A stretch of 31,101 nt of DNA from a bacterium. GTDB taxonomy: Bacteria > Hinthialibacterota > Hinthialibacteria > Hinthialibacterales > Hinthialibacteraceae. Shown in pieces: positions 28,031 to 31,101 of this stretch (within the stretch, counting starts at the first letter, position 1; each line of letters begins with the position of its first letter). The translations under genes were made by a program, and so were the position numbers. A model generated the notes under the pieces. That model had not been told where the DNA came from, ran no database searches, and saw nothing but the letters and a program-made list of their open reading frames with translations. The stretch covers positions 1 through 31,101 of the forward strand of contig CAXXSM010000055.1 of NCBI GenBank assembly GCA_963663405.2, read 5' to 3'.

Positions 28031-28181
28031 CACCGTAATGACAGCGGGATAGCGGGTGGCCGTGAGCGAATCCCTCGATAAATCTTTAGGCCGGAAGGCC
28101 AGCCCGCCTTGGCGGGAAAAGATTTACGGAGGAGATTTGCGTGGCCGCTCGCGTGCAGCGAATTTTGACAGTGATACAGTG
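28031..28181 (-). promoter_or_regulatory. Long branched hairpin, copy 1 (candidate Frpo/ssi-like ssDNA promoter)
   Basis: GCGGGTGGCC/GGCCGCTCGC, GCGAATC/GATTTGC, TAAATCTTT/AAAGATTTA, with two apical hairpins GGCC-GGAA-GGCC and CCCGCC-TT-GGCGGG. Confidence 0.55.
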
Positions 28182-28787
28182 ACTGCCTGATTTATTGCTG
28201 TGGGATAAATTGGTCAAAGAAATGAAGAGAAGATCTATGTCTTGTAATGGTGATAAACACTTGCTGTTTGAATGAACGAATTAAAAGTAAATGTGAATTT
28301 TGTAGCGCTTTCGACAGCGAGATTGATGATGTCTTGTAGGTTGAATGAGTAGACGATTCATTCCATCCAAAACTCCGTTGATTCCCGGCTGTGACAAAAC
28401 CACGGCCATATACCAACTCACGTAAAGCGAAAATAGCAGGGGGCGCGGGGGAAGGCTTCCCCCGGATTCTTCCGAACTCGTCAGCGCGGAGCGAAATACC
28501 AATTTCTCATTCAAACCAACGAAACCAACTGCGCTTCTAAATCCAGTCATCGGTTTCACAAACATTTTACAAAAACAGAGCGATTCTCTCTTCCATCCTT
28601 GCATTCAAAATCTTACTCGTTTCACAAATCCATGTTTCAAAATTCTATTCATCTTCCCCAACACAAAATCAACTCACTTTCTCCCCATTCTAACACGCGT
28701 GATTTCACTCAACTATATCGAATTGTTTTTCCGTCTGCTGAACATCGCACCTTCATTCCCACAATCCCAACCGTTCCTTTACCAAAA

Positions 28788-29280
28788 CCATTCTCCTCAG
28801 ACAAAACCACCAGCCCATCTCTGCTTGTCACAATAACCTGAACTCTTCCGCAGCGTCGATCCCGCCAACAATCAATCCAATACAAAAACAAGAAATGAAA
28901 ACGATAAAGACAAAACCCCTATCTGTGAAATCCAACGACAAAACTCTAATCCATTCTCAATCACTTTCTCTTCTTGCTACTCCACACAAAACCAATTCCC
29001 TTTTTACCGATCACAACAGGCTTGACACCTTCCTCTCCAAAAATCCAATAGAACTCTCGCTTGTTGAACGCTCCTCGTCATCTCGACAATAACAACAGTT
29101 CAATTCCCAAAACCTATCGATCCATTCTCATCAGACAAACTCCCAGCCCGTCTCTAACCGAAAATTCAACTTGACCTCTTCCACACTCTCGATTCTACCA
29201 ACAATCAATCCATCTCGAAAACAGGAATCAACGAACAAACCCTCAGTCCAATCCAAATCCCAAGTATTCTCGATCCAATT
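28788..29280 (+). repeat. Degenerate ~333-bp-period direct repeat in a G-poor non-coding tract
   Basis: CCATTCTC(C/A)TCAGACAAA at 28788 and 29122; CCAACAATCAATCCA at 28865 and 29198. Confidence 0.6.
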
Positions 29281-29356
29281 CCTCCTGACGCTAAAACGAA
29301 AAAAACAGAAAGAGGAAGCCAAAGAAACAACAACAAAAGAAAAAAAAGAAAGAAAT

Positions 29357-29671
29357 TCAATCCATGCAAAACGTCATGAATTCCTGATCTCTGTACAACG
29401 TATCAAGGAGCGCAAGAGATTCTCGAAGTTGCAACCACTCTTCTTTGATCCGCCTGTGTGTGTCTGTGTTAATCCCATTAAAGGTCATTTCCATCGCCAT
29501 CTTCATTTGATAGTAGGAATCGATGTGTCGAACCAATGCTGGATGCCGGGCTGCGCTTCCCACCAATGACTGCGTTCTTCGTGACGTCCAATACAAATCA
29601 CTCAAGTAGCGCAAGACGTCTCGGGTCTGTTTGGCGTCTTTCCATGTATTTACGGTTTTTGGGTTTTTCAT
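29357..29671 (-). CDS. Hypothetical helical protein
   Basis: Start moved to ATG 29671 after GAGG. Shares the CAAAAATGAAAAAC start context with the gene at 27980. Confidence 0.6.
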   Translation of the reverse strand: MKNPKTVNTWKDAKQTRDVLRYLSDLYWTSRRTQSLVGSAARHPALVRHIDSYYQMKMAMEMTFNGINTDTHRRIKEEWLQLRESLALLDTLYRDQEFMTFCMD

Positions 29672-29714
29672 TTTTGTTACCTCTGGAGAACGACTCTTTG
29701 GCCGCTCTTCCAAA

Positions 29715-29847
29715 ATTATCATTTTCTCATCATGGGGGGTCTTTAAGCGAATCCCTCGATAAACCTTTAGGCCCTTGGGCCGGCCCCGAAGGGGAAAAGG
29801 TTTACGTATGGGATTAGCGTGACCTCCTGTGATGAGAAAATGATAAT
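29715..29847 (-). promoter_or_regulatory. Long branched hairpin, copy 2 (candidate Frpo/ssi-like ssDNA promoter)
   Basis: 18-bp perfect basal stem ATTATCATTTTCTCATCA/TGATGAGAAAATGATAAT containing a -10-like TGATAAT. Inner TAAACCTTT/AAAGGTTTA stem; apical GGCCC-TT-GGGCC and CCCC-GAA-GGGG. Confidence 0.6.
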
Positions 29848-30050
29848 AGTCGTTTTAGGGACACGGGGCTTAAGTCGTGGAAAATCAACGGGCTTCCCTG
29901 TCCGTAATTGGGGGTGGGTTTATGACACGTTTACTTTTCGTTTGGGACCGGATTGAAGCGTTTGCGGATGATCCGGTTAGGGTTTAGGATGAATGAGGAC
30001 AAAAAAGATATAGATTTAGGACGATGATCCACAGTTAAAGGTTATGGATT

Positions 30051-30979
30051 TCAGGATTCCCCGAAGGATTGGATACTTGAATCTTCCACTGCGTAGTGGC
30101 GGCCTAGGATCGAGGCTCGACTGGCAAAGGAACCATTATCCGGGATCCAGATAGGGGCGCCCAATCCCTGGTTGAGAATCCGTTGTTCGGTCGTGAGCCA
30201 GACAAAGGAGTCGTCTGGAATTTGCTGCGCGAGATTGTATAATTGTTTCAACCGGTGGTCGGAATTGCAAACCACCAGTAAGCGAAAACCATTCAATGGC
30301 GCCTTGAAAAAAAACTCATACCGTTTGTACCCTTGGGACCGGAGGTAGCGCTGGTACCGGTAGAATTTATAATCGATCGATTTTGTGTTTCTATTCATGC
30401 TGGCAAGAGATTCCGTCGACCGATCGACTTCCAAGAAAAACAGGAGTGTTTGTTCCACACAGGTATGAGTGATTGCCATGACCGCGTCAGGGATGAAACA
30501 GGCTTTCAGATCGTTCATTCCATCCACAGGCGCTTGATCGTAGATAAAAGGTTTACCGTTTTGTGTCGGTGGCAAAAACGGAGATGTTTGAGAGAGGAAT
30601 TCGATGGAAAACGCTGAATTTCGTTGCAGGATTTGCGCGGCGATCTGAATCCAATTCACGCTCAGTTGATGCTCGATACTCGCCGGACTTTTCCACCCGA
30701 TTTTTCATACGAAATGCCTTCTTCCAGCATTCCATTTTCTTGCAGCCATTGAACGCCTTTTGGGGAGAGCGAGTAGATGAATTCCGGCCGTCCCGGCCGC
30801 CCTCGTACAATTCGCTTTCTTTCGATCGTGTAATCCAAGAAAAACAGTTTCGATATCCGCCTGCGAACGGTCCGGATATGGGCGTCTTCCAAGACGGCGA
30901 TTTGTTTGACCGTCAAAAGCCGGTATTCCGCCAGCAAGTACGCCAATTTTAAATCTTTCGAATCGATTTTTTGTTTCAT
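30051..30979 (-). pseudogene. Replication-relaxation family protein (Replic_Relax-like), split by a 1-nt frameshift
   Basis: wHTH N-part (LAEYRLLTVKQIA...VRRRISKL...YSLSPKG) and C-part EHQLSVNW...FIPDAV...LFFLEVDRSTESL...KFYRY. One extra A in the run at 30701-30705 would fuse the two ORFs. Confidence 0.8.
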
Positions 30980-31101
30980 GATTTTTCCTCCGCCTTTCTA
31001 TTTTTATTAGCGGGAAAAATTCATCCAAAATTTCAGTTGATAGAAAGGGCGTTGGAAATTTTTGATTGGCGAGATCGTCAAGGAGTGATTACAGAGTTTC
31101 C

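Noticed and set aside
28192-29569. Short ORFs in the G-poor tract
   Set aside because: Low-complexity translations explained by base skew; one is antisense to a better-supported gene.

Overview
Mosaic accessory region with four parts. (1) 1-8400, prophage head-gene end: an HK97-type prohead protease running off the left edge and a portal gene. Upstream, where a terminase would normally sit, is a tandem array of three secreted leucine-rich-repeat (LRR) genes with variable 21-aa repeats. Two end in a putative Cys-Gln thioester (TED/TQXA-like) domain and one in a dockerin-like pair. Each follows a conserved c-di-GMP-II-riboswitch-like leader, and two NrdR-like Zn-ribbon genes are interleaved. 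(2) 8412-13447, an IS pile-up: two tandem IS481-like copies and an IS1380. (3) 13627-24317, a genomic-island end carrying a bacterial ESCRT-like operon (membrane protein, two Snf7/ESCRT-III-like genes, MIT-AAA Vps4-like ATPase). It is broken by IS630, IS701-like and IS21 insertions and closes with an arm-type integrase and a tRNA-Gln 3' half (att). (4) 24318-31101, a second integrative element with an atypical tyrosine recombinase, a Xis-like gene, a decayed PQQ-propeller gene, two homologous long hairpins in front of orphan genes (candidate ssDNA promoters) and a frameshifted replication-relaxation protein. All family calls come from motif recognition by eye; no database searches were run.
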